Positions 9,124 to 19,785 of a stretch of DNA of 44,601 bases are shown here, in pieces (the first letter of the stretch is position 1; every line of letters begins with the position of its first letter). The notes beneath the pieces are model-generated. The model did not search any database, had not been told where the DNA came from, and saw only the letters and a program-made list of their open reading frames with translations. The stretch is from an uncultured Fibrobacterota bacterium (lineage in GTDB: Bacteria; Fibrobacterota; Chitinivibrionia; Chitinivibrionales; FEN-1185), in contig CAVSQB010000037.1 of the NCBI GenBank assembly GCA_963729895.1, positions 1 through 44,601 of the forward strand. Reading direction: 5' to 3'. Both the position numbers and the translations under genes were made by a program.

Positions 9124-10749
9124 ATGAAGAAACTCACCATCATAACCGCCGTGCACAACCAGATCGAGTACAACCGGCTCTTTATTGAGTCGCTCCGGCG
9201 GCATACTCACCATCCCTACGAACTCATCATCATCGACAACGCCTCGCACGATGGTTCCACCGACCTTTTTGAACAAAGCGGCGCAACCGTGGTGCGCAAC
9301 GAGAAGAACCTGTGCTACGGATGCTCGCAGAACCAGGGACTTGCACAGGCGACGGGTGAGTACGTGGCGTTTCTCAACAACGACCTGTGCCTATCGGGCG
9401 GCTGGGACAAGGCGCTTATCGAGTACCTGGAGCGATATGATCTCGACGCGATATCGCCGTGCGGTATCGAGACCATGGAGTCGCCCAAGGAAACGCGGCG
9501 CATGATGCGGAAATGGCGAAGGATAAACGCGGTGCAAAGGATGCGCGCGGCAACGGGTGTGCGGTATACGGCGCATCACCTGCGCAGGCTCGTATATAGA
9601 ATGTACGGAGATTGGGACACGTTTACCAAAAACAGGCGGTCGGCGTTCAGCGGGTTCTTGTATCCCGGCATATCCGGCAATGCCGTCGTGGCAAGACGGA
9701 ACCTGTTTGAGGCCATCGGGCCATGGAGCACCGCCGTTGCAGCGACCGACTGGGACCTGCAGCTCCGTCTTGTAAAGGCCCAGACCGAACTCGGCCGGCC
9801 AAAGCAGTGTATGATTGCCGGCGAGGTGTTTGTTCACCATTTCATTCGCACTACAGCCCGTGCAAAGCCAAGTCCGCGGGGCTGCGATCATCCCCTCGTC
9901 GAAATAACAGCCTATTACGGCGCCAAAGACCTTGCGTACCTGAACAGGCCTTCAGCTTCCGTTGTCGTCGCGGTGTACGAGAGGCCCGATTTTCTCGAAA
10001 GAGTGTTTGCCGGTTTACACAACCAGACATTCAAGGATTTTGAAGTCGTGGTGGCCGACGACGGGTCCGGCCCCGCCGTTGCCGCGCTCATTGCGGAATG
10101 GCAAGGCCGCTTCCGCTATCCCATAGCGCACGTGTGGCAGGAGCACCGCGGGTTCAGGAAGACCGTCGTTGTGAACAAGGCCGCGGTGCAGTCGCGCAGC
10201 GACTACCTGTGTTTCATCGACGGCGATTCTATCCCGCACCACCTGTTCGTGCACAGCCACACGGCGGCCCGCCGGATAAAAACCGTGATTTCGGGCAGGT
10301 GCGTCATGCTCGACAAGGAACTTACCCGGGCCTTGTCGCTTGACGACATAAGAAGCGGCCGCCTGGAACGGATGTCGTTCCGGCTCACGCGTGCAGACGC
10401 CGGCAGTGACACGCAGGGGATACGCGCGCCGATCGTTTCCGCACTGAAACACGGGTGGCTCGGCGCGCGAGGCAGGAACTGCGGCATCCTCGGGAGCAAT
10501 TTCTCGGTTTTCAAGGGTGATTTCTACCGTGTCAACGGATATGAAGAATCAACTACCGGCCGGGGGCTTGAAGACATCGGCCTTGGGGACCGCTTCAAAC
10601 TCGCCGGCGTACGCGTGCGCACGGTTGCGCGCTCTGCCATTCAGTATCACCTCTATCACGAGTCGAGCCCCGTTCCGCATGATAACGACATAGGTGCTCG
10701 ATTCGAACGCCCCCAGGGGCTCTGGGCGGAAAAGGGAATCGTGCAATAG
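9124..10749 (+). CDS. Two-domain glycosyltransferase family 2
   Basis: First GT2 domain IIIDNASHDGS/FLNND; second GT2 domain VADDGS/FIDGD/VNGYEE. Confidence 0.9.
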   Translation: MKKLTIITAVHNQIEYNRLFIESLRRHTHHPYELIIIDNASHDGSTDLFEQSGATVVRNEKNLCYGCSQNQGLAQATGEYVAFLNNDLCLSGGWDKALIEYLERYDLDAISPCGIETMESPKETRRMMRKWRRINAVQRMRAATGVRYTAHHLRRLVYRMYGDWDTFTKNRRSAFSGFLYPGISGNAVVARRNLFEAIGPWSTAVAATDWDLQLRLVKAQTELGRPKQCMIAGEVFVHHFIRTTARAKPSPRGCDHPLVEITAYYGAKDLAYLNRPSASVVVAVYERPDFLERVFAGLHNQTFKDFEVVVADDGSGPAVAALIAEWQGRFRYPIAHVWQEHRGFRKTVVVNKAAVQSRSDYLCFIDGDSIPHHLFVHSHTAARRIKTVISGRCVMLDKELTRALSLDDIRSGRLERMSFRLTRADAGSDTQGIRAPIVSALKHGWLGARGRNCGILGSNFSVFKGDFYRVNGYEESTTGRGLEDIGLGDRFKLAGVRVRTVARSAIQYHLYHESSPVPHDNDIGARFERPQGLWAEKGIVQ

Positions 10750-10895
10750 GATGCATGATGGTGATCCCGCTTACCGATATATTTGTTTGCTGCCAGCCCC
10801 CCGCTTCCTCATCTGGGAAAAAGCGACTGGCAGCATTCTGTTCAGGGGGAGGATCGTGACCCCGGCGGGGGAGTTATCGTGTTATTCCGTCTTGA

Positions 10896-10976
10896 CCTCA
10901 TCCCCCGGCCCCTTCTCCCACAGGAGAAGGGGAGAATAGACATTGCTCCTGCAATCACCCTCTCCCCTTGGGAGAG
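10896..10976. repeat. REP-like palindrome pair
   Basis: CCCCTTCTCC-CACA-GGAGAAGGGG (10909-10932) and CTCTCCC-CTT-GGGAGAG (10960-10976) in intergenic DNA. Confidence 0.6.
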
Positions 10977-11151
10977 AGTGGACGCTGAGCGTCCGTGTGA
11001 GGTTACAAGAATGCGGTAAAAGAATCACCAATGCCATAAATCGGATAGTTATCCGGGGCAAAAATACCGACATAGAACATTCAACCACGCCTGCTCCTGA
11101 AATATATTATCATCACCGATCTTCCTGCCCTCCAAAATTCAGGACAACCCA

Positions 11152-12399
11152 ATGCCTTTTTCTAACCCCCACCGCCTCCCGCCGCCTTCTCCGTTCATCG
11201 AAACCATGCAATCCATTGCCGGGACAAGGGCGTACATAACGGGCGCGGCGCCGCTGGCCAATCTGTCCTACGGCGACGAAATGGCGCTCAAGCAGAAAAC
11301 GTTCACGGAATTCTTCAGGAAGAATCGGGCGGCCGGCGATTGGGATGCACTCGTTGCGTCGCCGTTTTCGCGGTTGTACAGGACAACTACGAAGCGCAGG
11401 GTGGTGTTTGCGTTCGGAAGATTCATGCTCGCCATGGGTGAAGGTTCCCGGGAGCGTCCTGACGAGATCCGGGACGAAGCGCGGCTCGAGCCGCGCCAGC
11501 ACACCGCATTGTACGAGTTTCTTCTAAAGAAGCTCAACGAGCCCCTGTTTTCCCTTGTTGCCAAGCGCTGCAATTACCTGATCATCCGGGGGTCGTACAA
11601 GGAATTCTGCGTCATCTTCAACATGAGCAAGCTTGACGGCCCAACTGTCCGCAAACTCAAGATCCTCGGCAAGCACCTTGCAAAGCAGGGCGTCCCGGTG
11701 GTTTCTTCGTTCGTCTTCCTCGACACGACGCGCTCAAAGTATTATTTAGACAAGCGCGAAACCGAAAGCCGCTTTGGCGTCAAGAAACTGTTCGGGCCGG
11801 ACACGCTGCGCTTTACCGCGGCCGACCGGACTTACGTGTTCGACCCGTTGTCATTCTCTCAAGTCAATCAGTCGATGGTGCCGCTTCTGCTCAAGAAGGC
11901 GGGCGTGCTTCTGGACGCCGCAAGCCCCGAGTGTGCAACTATGCGGCTTCTGGACCTGTACTGCGGTTACGGCCTGTTCACGCTCTATTTGGGAAAGCAT
12001 TTTTCCGAGGCCTGGGGAATCGATTACGAGGCCTCGTCGATACGCCGCGCACGGGAGTCCATTGCGCATTGCAAAGACCTGCCGAAAACAACCAAGGTGC
12101 GGTTTGCGGCAGGTCAAATAACGAGCCGCGCCTTGGAAGAAATGCTTCCGACCGGCGGGGACAAGCACGAAATCGTTGTGCTCGATCCTCCGCGACGCGG
12201 CACGGAAAATGGCGTGACGGGCGCGATTGCCAACCGACGGCCCCACAAAATCCTCCATATCTTCTGCAACGTGGATATTGTTCCGGAAGAGCTCGCCCGA
12301 TGGGAGCGAGTGGGTTATTTCGCCAGACGCATCCTTCCGCTCGACATGTTTCCCGGAACCCCGAATATCGAGGTAATGGTCCTGCTGGAGCCGGGATAA
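11152..12399 (+). CDS. RNA m5U methyltransferase, TrmA/RlmD family
   Basis: SFSQVN, LDLYCGYG (SAM binding), VLDPPRRG, catalytic Cys in IFCN, DMFPGTPNIE. Confidence 0.85.
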   Translation: MPFSNPHRLPPPSPFIETMQSIAGTRAYITGAAPLANLSYGDEMALKQKTFTEFFRKNRAAGDWDALVASPFSRLYRTTTKRRVVFAFGRFMLAMGEGSRERPDEIRDEARLEPRQHTALYEFLLKKLNEPLFSLVAKRCNYLIIRGSYKEFCVIFNMSKLDGPTVRKLKILGKHLAKQGVPVVSSFVFLDTTRSKYYLDKRETESRFGVKKLFGPDTLRFTAADRTYVFDPLSFSQVNQSMVPLLLKKAGVLLDAASPECATMRLLDLYCGYGLFTLYLGKHFSEAWGIDYEASSIRRARESIAHCKDLPKTTKVRFAAGQITSRALEEMLPTGGDKHEIVVLDPPRRGTENGVTGAIANRRPHKILHIFCNVDIVPEELARWERVGYFARRILPLDMFPGTPNIEVMVLLEPG

Positions 12400-12694
12400 C
12401 AACCAGGCAAATGGAATTGGTTCCTCGGATCTTCCGAGGCTGATCCCGCAAAGGGCGCCTGGTGGAGGAGGTATGCTGCGGGTGCCCTGGGAAGGAATCA
12501 GGATAAAGAAATTGCTTTTTCCTCCTGCCACCTTGCATTTTCAGGAATCCGGGCCGGTTGGCTCTCCGGACTACATCTGATCACACCCCACCTGTGCATA
12601 GCCGTCTTTCCGACATACGGTTATCCGCAATAAAAGTGTTGCAGATGGCCATCTTGCCAACCCCATTCTTTCTTATTTCAAAGCCACTGCTCTT

Positions 12695-15600
12695 ATGAAC
12701 GAACATACGGTACCCGCTGCGCAATCCGGATCAACAGATTTGGAAGGTACGCAGTCCCAGCCTTCAACCGCAGCCCTTGTGTGTTCTGCCGCTGCTCTTG
12801 TTTACGATGAGCAGGAAAACGCCATTGGCTCAGACGACTTGCAGGGAGCGGCGAAGGTTTCGAGCGATATCACCACCGTGCTCTGGGTGGGCATCGACGT
12901 TGGATCCACAACCGCGAAAATAGCCGTGCTGGAGCCTGCGGCAAAGAAGCTCCTGTTCTGGAAATACCGGCGCCATTTTTCCAGGCAGGCCGAAACGGTG
13001 GCCGGACTTCTTTCCGAAGTGCATGAGGCATTTCCCCTGGCCCAGTTCAAAGCGTGCATCTGCGGCAGCGGCGCCGAGCCGCTTGCAGGGATCATCGGCG
13101 GTTGTTTTGTTCAGGAAGTGATAGCCAACAGCATTGCGGTATCGGAGCTTTTTCCTTTTGCAAAGACATCCATCGAACTGGGCGGCCAGGACGCCAAGAT
13201 CCTGTTTTTCCGCGAAGACGAAATCACGAGAAAGCCCAAGCTCTCCGATATGCGGATGAACGGCTGCTGCGCCGGCGGCACGGGCGCGTTTATCGACCAG
13301 ATTGCAGGGCTTCTCGATCTTCCCATAGAGCAATTCGACGAAGCTGCAAAGAAGGGCAGAAACGTATTCGATATTTCAGGCCGCTGCGGCGTGTTTGCGA
13401 AGACCGATTTGCAGCCGCTTCTCAACATGGGCGTGTGCAAGGAAGACGTCGTGCTGTCGGTGTTCCATGCGGTTGCAAAGCAGACCATAACCGGGCTCGG
13501 GCACGGTACGCAGCTTGCCGCGCCCGTGGTGTTTCTGGGAGGGCCGTTCAAATTCAACCGCCAGCTGGTGAATGTGTTTGCAAAACACCTCGGGCTTGCC
13601 AGAGAAGAAATACTGATCCCGCCTTTTCCGCAGGTGACCGTGGCAATCGGGGCCGCGCTTGCCATTGGCGTCCTGCCGGTTGATTCACACGTCCTGTACC
13701 TGGGCAAGAAGTCTTTACACAGGCTCTCGGGCGCAGGCCGCGTTATTGCGGTCGACTCGGCGCCCGGGGTCCCGTTTTTCAAGAGCCGGGCGGAGCTGGA
13801 TGCGTTTCGCCTGCGGCATGCCGCCGAGCCGTTTGCTCCCGCACCACTCGTAGCTGGCAGCCGGCAGGACGTGTATATCGGGATCGACGCCGGTTCTACC
13901 ACCATCAAGTTTGTCCTCCTAGGTGAAGACGGCGCCATCATCAATAAATTCTATGCCTCGAATTCCGGCGATCCGCTGGGAGTCGTGAAGAAGGCGCTGC
14001 TTGACATTCACGGTGAGTATCGCGGCAACGGCGTCGAGCTTATCGTAAAAGGTTTGGGCACCACCGGCTACGGCGAGGCGCTTGTTGCCAAGGCCTTTGG
14101 CGCGGATTTCCATACCGTAGAAACCATCGCGCATGCGCATGCAGCCTTGCACGAGGTGCCGGATGCAACATTCGTTCTGGACCTGGGCGGCCAGGACATG
14201 AAGGCAATGAGGATCCAGAACGGCGTGATCTGCGATCTGTATCTGAACGAGGCATGCTCCGCCGGGTGCGGATCGTTCATAGAGACGCTCTCCTCGTCGC
14301 TCAATATTCCTATTGAGCAAGTAGCGGAACGCGCGTTTTGCGCCCTGAGCCCGTCCCAGCTCGGATCGCGGTGCACGGTATTCATGAATTCGTCCATCAC
14401 CACGGAACAAAAAAACGGGAAATCCATCGAAGACATCATCGCCGGGCTGTGCCGCTCGGTGATAGACAACCTGTTCATGAAGGTGATTCGCGACCGCAAT
14501 GTCTCGTACCTGGGGAACAAGATTGTTGTGCAGGGCGGCACATTCAAGAACGACGCGGTGCTGCGCGCGTTTGAACAGCACACCAGCGCGCACGTGATCC
14601 GGCCCCGCCACACCGGCGAAATGGGCGCACTCGGCATTGCGCTGCTCACCAAGGAAGGTGTTTGCGCCGGCGAAGGCCGCTCGTCGTTCATCGGGTTCGA
14701 CGCGCTTGCGTCGTTTGAATGCTCGGGCGTGACGCATGACAAATGCGACGGCTGCACCAACGCCTGCAAACGGACCATTGTCCGGTTCAACAGCGGTGCC
14801 GTGTACTGTGCGGGCAACCGTTGCGAAAAGGGAAACATCGAGTCGCGCGACGCCTCTCCGCGGCGCGTGCGGACCGTGCCAACGCATGCCCCGTCTCTGG
14901 TGCGGTTTCGCGAGACCGCGATGCTCAGGAATTACGGCGCGGGTGCTGCGGTGGTTTCGCGTGAAAGGACCGTGGGCATTCCGCGTGTGCTTGAGTTCTA
15001 CAACAGCCTTCCGTTCTGGAAGACGCTGTTCACGTCGCTTGGGTTCGGCGTGGAGCTGTCGCCCAGGAGCAACCACGGGCTGCACGAAAAGGGCATGCGG
15101 TATGTCGCATCCGACAACATATGCTTCCCGGCGAAAATCGCGCACGGCCACATCGAGTACCTGCTCGAAAAAAAAGTGGACCGCATCTTTGCGCCGATGA
15201 TGATTGCGGTGCCGTCCACCCTGTCCGACAAACGCGCGGTCCATATGTGCCCGGTATTACAGGGATATCCCATCGTTCTTTCCGGCATGAACAAGCCGCA
15301 TGCGCGCGGGACAACGGTGATGGACTGCCCGGCCTTCAACTGGCACGACGAGCGAATGCGCGACCGGCAGGTAGCGCGCTTCCTGTGCTCGGAATATGGT
15401 CTTGACAGGCGCGATGTCGACAGGGCAATCGGCCAGGCGGAAAAGGCGCAGGCCGTATTCGCGCGGGCAATGCGTGACGAAGGCCGCCGCGTGCTTGCCT
15501 CGGTTGAATCGTCCGGCGCCATGGGCGTTGTACTCGCCGGACGGCCCTACCATTACGATCCCTATATCAACCACGGAATACCCGAGATATTTTCGTCGCT

Positions 15601-15928
15601 CGGCATACCCTTGTTCACCATGGATTCCTTGCCGGATCTCTCCGCCCTTGACCTTTCGAAAGTGCGGCCCGAGTTGTACAACCCGTTCCATTCGGAGATC
15701 TATGCCACAGGCCTGTTTGCGGCCGCGCATCCATGTCTGGAGGTGGTGCAGCTCGTGAGCTTCGGCTGCGGCCACGACGCCATCATAGCGGATGAGCTTG
15801 CGCGGATCATGCTGGCGACGTCCGGCAAACAGCCGCTCGTCCTCAAAATTGACGAAGGAGAAGCACTGGGCGCCCTGGGCATCCGCATCAGGTCTTTTGT
15901 CGAGACCGTTCGCAGGCGGCGGGCGTGA
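12695..15928 (+). CDS. Acyl-CoA dehydratase activase with two ASKHA ATPase domains plus DUF2229-like domain (PlsA/Ger-like)
   Basis: GIDVGSTT/ELGGQD/CAGGTG/CGVFA; GIDAGSTT/DLGGQD/CSAGCG/CTVF; CDGCTNAC, ICFPAK, SFGCGHD. Confidence 0.85.
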   Translation: MNEHTVPAAQSGSTDLEGTQSQPSTAALVCSAAALVYDEQENAIGSDDLQGAAKVSSDITTVLWVGIDVGSTTAKIAVLEPAAKKLLFWKYRRHFSRQAETVAGLLSEVHEAFPLAQFKACICGSGAEPLAGIIGGCFVQEVIANSIAVSELFPFAKTSIELGGQDAKILFFREDEITRKPKLSDMRMNGCCAGGTGAFIDQIAGLLDLPIEQFDEAAKKGRNVFDISGRCGVFAKTDLQPLLNMGVCKEDVVLSVFHAVAKQTITGLGHGTQLAAPVVFLGGPFKFNRQLVNVFAKHLGLAREEILIPPFPQVTVAIGAALAIGVLPVDSHVLYLGKKSLHRLSGAGRVIAVDSAPGVPFFKSRAELDAFRLRHAAEPFAPAPLVAGSRQDVYIGIDAGSTTIKFVLLGEDGAIINKFYASNSGDPLGVVKKALLDIHGEYRGNGVELIVKGLGTTGYGEALVAKAFGADFHTVETIAHAHAALHEVPDATFVLDLGGQDMKAMRIQNGVICDLYLNEACSAGCGSFIETLSSSLNIPIEQVAERAFCALSPSQLGSRCTVFMNSSITTEQKNGKSIEDIIAGLCRSVIDNLFMKVIRDRNVSYLGNKIVVQGGTFKNDAVLRAFEQHTSAHVIRPRHTGEMGALGIALLTKEGVCAGEGRSSFIGFDALASFECSGVTHDKCDGCTNACKRTIVRFNSGAVYCAGNRCEKGNIESRDASPRRVRTVPTHAPSLVRFRETAMLRNYGAGAAVVSRERTVGIPRVLEFYNSLPFWKTLFTSLGFGVELSPRSNHGLHEKGMRYVASDNICFPAKIAHGHIEYLLEKKVDRIFAPMMIAVPSTLSDKRAVHMCPVLQGYPIVLSGMNKPHARGTTVMDCPAFNWHDERMRDRQVARFLCSEYGLDRRDVDRAIGQAEKAQAVFARAMRDEGRRVLASVESSGAMGVVLAGRPYHYDPYINHGIPEIFSSLGIPLFTMDSLPDLSALDLSKVRPELYNPFHSEIYATGLFAAAHPCLEVVQLVSFGCGHDAIIADELARIMLATSGKQPLVLKIDEGEALGALGIRIRSFVETVRRRRA

Positions 15929-17199
15929 AGGCCGCCGCGCGCGCCGCGGCCGCGCTTCCCCGGCCGTTTTCCCCCGTGTTCTCCCGCACCGACAAGCGCA
16001 GGCGCCTCATTGTGGTCCCCAACCTATCGCGTTCGTTTTCCACCATGTCGAGCGCGGTCTTCAGGAGCCTCGGATACCGTTCGGTAACGCTTCCCCTTGC
16101 CGACCACGAGGCCCAGCACCTGGGCAAGCGGTTCGTGCACAACGACGCCTGCTTTCCAGCCCAGATTAACGTGGGAGAATTCCTCAGATTCCTCTCGTCG
16201 GGCGCCGCGCAGCCCAGCCAGGTGGCGGTCGCGCTTGCCAAGAACTGCGAAGACTGCCGTGCCGGCCAGTATTTTGCGCTTACACGCAAGGCGCTCGACG
16301 ACGCGGGATATCGGGATGTCGCCATTGTTACCACGGGCACCGACACAAAGCGCATCCATCCGGGATTCGCGTCCGGCATCCGGTACAAGCTGCGAATGCT
16401 CTGGGGCATCGCGATTACCGACGCACTCGACGCCATGGTGCGCGCGACGCGCCCGTATGAGCACACGGAAGGGAGCGTTGACCTGCTGTACGAAGAACAC
16501 CTGGGCCTGATAAGCAGGGCCTTGGAGCGGGGCGTCGCAAAGGGGCTGGCCGCGCTTTCCGATGCTGTCAAGGCATTCAACGAGGTGCCGGCCGACCGGG
16601 GCCGCAAACGGCCGCGGGCGCTCGTTATCGGCGAAATCCTCATGAACTACCACGAGACGGCCAACAGGCGCTTGGTGCAGTACCTGGAAAAGAACGGCAT
16701 GGAGGTCATTCTGCCCGATATCGTTTCGTTTTTCTGGCGCCAGGTGGTTGTCGACAAAAACATGGCCGGGCGCGGGCTCACCAAGTGGCCCGTGGCAAAA
16801 CGCGTGGCGGCCGCCGTATCCGACCTCGCGTACCGGCACGCGGTGGGCAGGGTTGAATCGATTTACAAACAGTTCAGATCGTACGAGCCGCGGCCGAGCA
16901 TAACCGAGCTTGCCGGATGCATAAACGGTTTTATCGACCACGCCATTGTCGCGGGCGAAGGATGGCTTATCCCGGCGGAAATCATGCACTATGCGAAAAA
17001 GGGCGTCACCTCGTTCGTCATCATCCAGCCGTTCGGGTGCCTTCCCAACCAGATCACGGGCCGCGGGATCGTAAAGCCGCTCAAGGAAAGGTTCCCCCAT
17101 ATCAATATTCTCGCCCTCGACTACGACTACGACGTTTCCATGGCCAACCTCGAAAACAGGCTGCAGATGCTCGTGATGGCAGCGAAACAATACACCTGA
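15925..17199 (+). CDS. 2-hydroxyacyl-CoA dehydratase-family subunit (PlsR-like)
   Basis: NDACFPA, CRAGQY, GEGW, QPFGCLPN; 4-bp GTGA overlap with the upstream gene. Confidence 0.85.
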   Translation: MKAAARAAAALPRPFSPVFSRTDKRRRLIVVPNLSRSFSTMSSAVFRSLGYRSVTLPLADHEAQHLGKRFVHNDACFPAQINVGEFLRFLSSGAAQPSQVAVALAKNCEDCRAGQYFALTRKALDDAGYRDVAIVTTGTDTKRIHPGFASGIRYKLRMLWGIAITDALDAMVRATRPYEHTEGSVDLLYEEHLGLISRALERGVAKGLAALSDAVKAFNEVPADRGRKRPRALVIGEILMNYHETANRRLVQYLEKNGMEVILPDIVSFFWRQVVVDKNMAGRGLTKWPVAKRVAAAVSDLAYRHAVGRVESIYKQFRSYEPRPSITELAGCINGFIDHAIVAGEGWLIPAEIMHYAKKGVTSFVIIQPFGCLPNQITGRGIVKPLKERFPHINILALDYDYDVSMANLENRLQMLVMAAKQYT

Positions 17200-17215
17200 G
17201 CTAGGACCTCACCCC

Positions 17216-18583
17216 ATGAACATCGCCTTCGTCACACCCGCAGCAGACATCAGAAAGACGCTTCCGTACCGGCTGGGCAACAGCATCTATACGCGGCCCA
17301 ACGCGATCACCGGGCCGTTGATTTTGGCGACAATGCTGCGCAACCGCGGCCACAAAGCGGCGGTGTACGAAGAGCTGTACACGCGTGTCGATCTCGAAAA
17401 ACTGCTCGACGCGGATGTGATCGGCATTTCCACTATGACATCCACCGCGCCGCGGGCGTTCCAGATAGCCGACTTCTTCCGCGCCAGGGGGAAACGCGTG
17501 GTGATCGGCGGCATGCATGCCACCGTTGCCCCCGAAGAGACCCTTGCGCACTGCGACACGGTGGTCACGGGCGAGGCCGAAAGCGTCATTGTCGACGTTA
17601 TGGAAAACCGCGTCAAAGACAAAGTGGTGGACGCTCCCTGCACCGGCGACCTCGACACGGTGGTCTTTCCCGACTATTCCCTGCTCAAGACGCCCTGCAG
17701 GGAGGCAAACATCATGACCACGCGCGGCTGCCACTACTCATGCAGCTACTGCAGCACGTCGCGCATGTTCATGCCGTACCGAGAGCGAAGCGTGGAGAGC
17801 GTCATTGCGGAACTGGCGTATTACAAAAACTGCGGATTCAAGTATGTCAATTTTCAGGACGACAACTTCACGGGCAACAGGAAGCGCGCCAAGCAGCTCC
17901 TTGCGAAAATGATAGACGACAAGCTCGTATTCAGGGACGTTTTCTTCTTCGGCCGGGCCGACATGGTGCTCGACGAGGAGTTGCTCTCGCTCTTGAGCCG
18001 GGCGCACCTGCGAAGCGTGCTCATCGGGATCGAAAGCCTCAATCCGGTTTCACTCGAACACATCGGGAAGAAGATCAAGCTCGAGCCCCTGCTTGCGAGC
18101 ATTCCCAACCTGGGCAAGTACAAGATCAAGCTTCTGGCAAGCCTGGTGCTCGGCATCGACACCGACGGCATCGCCGACATCCGGAAGGCGATTGAGTTTT
18201 GCAGGGACATCAACGCGTTCACGCTGCAGCCCGCGGTTCTCACGCCGTTTCCCAGGACGCCGGTTTACAAACAGTACCAGGAAGAACAGCGCATGGTGAC
18301 AAAGGACTGGCAGTATTTCGATCTCATGCATGCCACGTTCCACCCGAAAAAGATGAGCGTGCGAGAACTGCAAATGGAATTTTACAACGCGCTCCGGCGG
18401 TTCTACACGTTCCGGAAGTCCTTCACTATCATGCGGATATACGGGTTCGGCGCGGGCATGAAGAGGCTGGGCCTGTGGCTCGTGTTTGTTTTTACGGCAT
18501 TCATCACCCGTATGGTGGACGCCGCCTTTCTCAAGACAATCAGGAACGCGCGCCAGCAGACGATGCCTGCCCCCCCAAAGTGA
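17216..18583 (+). CDS. B12-binding radical SAM protein
   Basis: N-terminal cobalamin-binding fold (VVIGGMHAT, GEAE); CxxxCxxC = CHYSCSYC; FQDDNF, IGIES. Confidence 0.9.
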   Translation: MNIAFVTPAADIRKTLPYRLGNSIYTRPNAITGPLILATMLRNRGHKAAVYEELYTRVDLEKLLDADVIGISTMTSTAPRAFQIADFFRARGKRVVIGGMHATVAPEETLAHCDTVVTGEAESVIVDVMENRVKDKVVDAPCTGDLDTVVFPDYSLLKTPCREANIMTTRGCHYSCSYCSTSRMFMPYRERSVESVIAELAYYKNCGFKYVNFQDDNFTGNRKRAKQLLAKMIDDKLVFRDVFFFGRADMVLDEELLSLLSRAHLRSVLIGIESLNPVSLEHIGKKIKLEPLLASIPNLGKYKIKLLASLVLGIDTDGIADIRKAIEFCRDINAFTLQPAVLTPFPRTPVYKQYQEEQRMVTKDWQYFDLMHATFHPKKMSVRELQMEFYNALRRFYTFRKSFTIMRIYGFGAGMKRLGLWLVFVFTAFITRMVDAAFLKTIRNARQQTMPAPPK

Positions 18584-18797
18584 TTGCGAGTATCCGCCCC
18601 TGCGCGCCCACAGAGTATTTTTCCGGCCGGCCTCACGCGGAGCCCCAGGAAAAGTTCGCGTTGGACGTTGTGCCGATCCTGCGCAGGCAGGGCATCGCGA
18701 GGGCGATGCAATATATTTCCGCCTTTCGCGTCTTAATGAACCAAATGCCGACGAACTGAGCGTTCCCTAAAATCGTTCGAAAGCCGTCATCGTCTTC

Positions 18798-19775
18798 ATG
18801 AACAGACCAATTATCGAATTAAAAGAACTCAAGCGCTCCTTTGGAAAAGCCGAGGCAGTAAAAGGGGTGAGCTTCGACGTGAACGAGGGCGAGGTATTCG
18901 GCTTTCTGGGACCGAACGGCGCGGGAAAGACAACCACCATAAGCATGCTGTGCACCATGCTCAAGCCGAGTTCCGGAACAGCACATCTCAACGGGTACGA
19001 CGTGGCTCGCCAGAAAGACCATGTTCGAAAGAGCATCGGCGTGGTGTTTCAAGACACAACGCTCGACCTCAAGCTTACCGCATACGAAAACCTCATGCTT
19101 CATTGCAGGTTCTACGGCGTTCCGGCGGCGCAAAGGAAAAACCGCATAGCGGAAGTGCTGGACATTGTGGAACTGGGAGACAAGGGCCGGCAGATCGTTG
19201 AAACGTTTTCCGGCGGCATGAAGCGCCGCCTGGAGATCGCGCGCGGACTTCTGCATTATCCGGCGGTGCTGTTTCTCGACGAACCCACCATCGGCCTCGA
19301 CCCGCAGACGAGGGCCCATATATGGGACTACGTGATACGCTTGAAAAAGAAGGCGGGCATCACGATCTTCCTCACCACGCATTACATGGATGAAGCCGAG
19401 ATCTGCGACCGCATTGCCATTATCGACCATGGAAAGCTCATCGCCCTTGACACGCCGGATGTGCTCAAGGCCGGCATCGGCGGCGACATCATCGAGCTTT
19501 CGACAGCAGACAACGCCGCGGCGCGCGCCGAGATTGCGGCCCGCTACGGCGCCGATCCGTCGCTTTCGGGCGCGGTGCTGTCGCTCAAGTCAAGCGGCGG
19601 CGGCGAATTCCTTGTCCGGTTGGTAAAGGAGCTTGCCGTTCCCATCACGAGTATCAACCTGCGGCGGCCCACGCTCAACGACGTCTTTCTGGCCCTCACG
19701 GGACGGCAGATCCGCGAAGAAGAAGCGCCGAGAAACGCGGCTGCGCATATGCGCATGAGGCGCGGATTTCACTGA
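18798..19775 (+). CDS. ABC exporter ATP-binding protein (DrrA-like)
   Basis: GPNGAGKTT, FSGGMKRR, LFLDEPT, TTHYMDEA. Confidence 0.93.
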   Translation: MNRPIIELKELKRSFGKAEAVKGVSFDVNEGEVFGFLGPNGAGKTTTISMLCTMLKPSSGTAHLNGYDVARQKDHVRKSIGVVFQDTTLDLKLTAYENLMLHCRFYGVPAAQRKNRIAEVLDIVELGDKGRQIVETFSGGMKRRLEIARGLLHYPAVLFLDEPTIGLDPQTRAHIWDYVIRLKKKAGITIFLTTHYMDEAEICDRIAIIDHGKLIALDTPDVLKAGIGGDIIELSTADNAAARAEIAARYGADPSLSGAVLSLKSSGGGEFLVRLVKELAVPITSINLRRPTLNDVFLALTGRQIREEEAPRNAAAHMRMRRGFH

Positions 19776-19785
19776 GGGAAACAAC

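Noticed and set aside
12400..12694. Cobalamin or c-di-GMP riboswitch upstream of the activase operon
   Set aside because: Only a short CCC-GCAA-AGGG-type hairpin is visible; conserved riboswitch boxes could not be identified by eye. An Rfam scan would settle it.
13919..17190. Long minus-strand ORFs (441 aa, 388 aa) opposite the activase/dehydratase genes
   Set aside because: Typical antisense shadows of GC-rich coding sequence; the same applies to similar ORFs opposite msbA and the RND genes.
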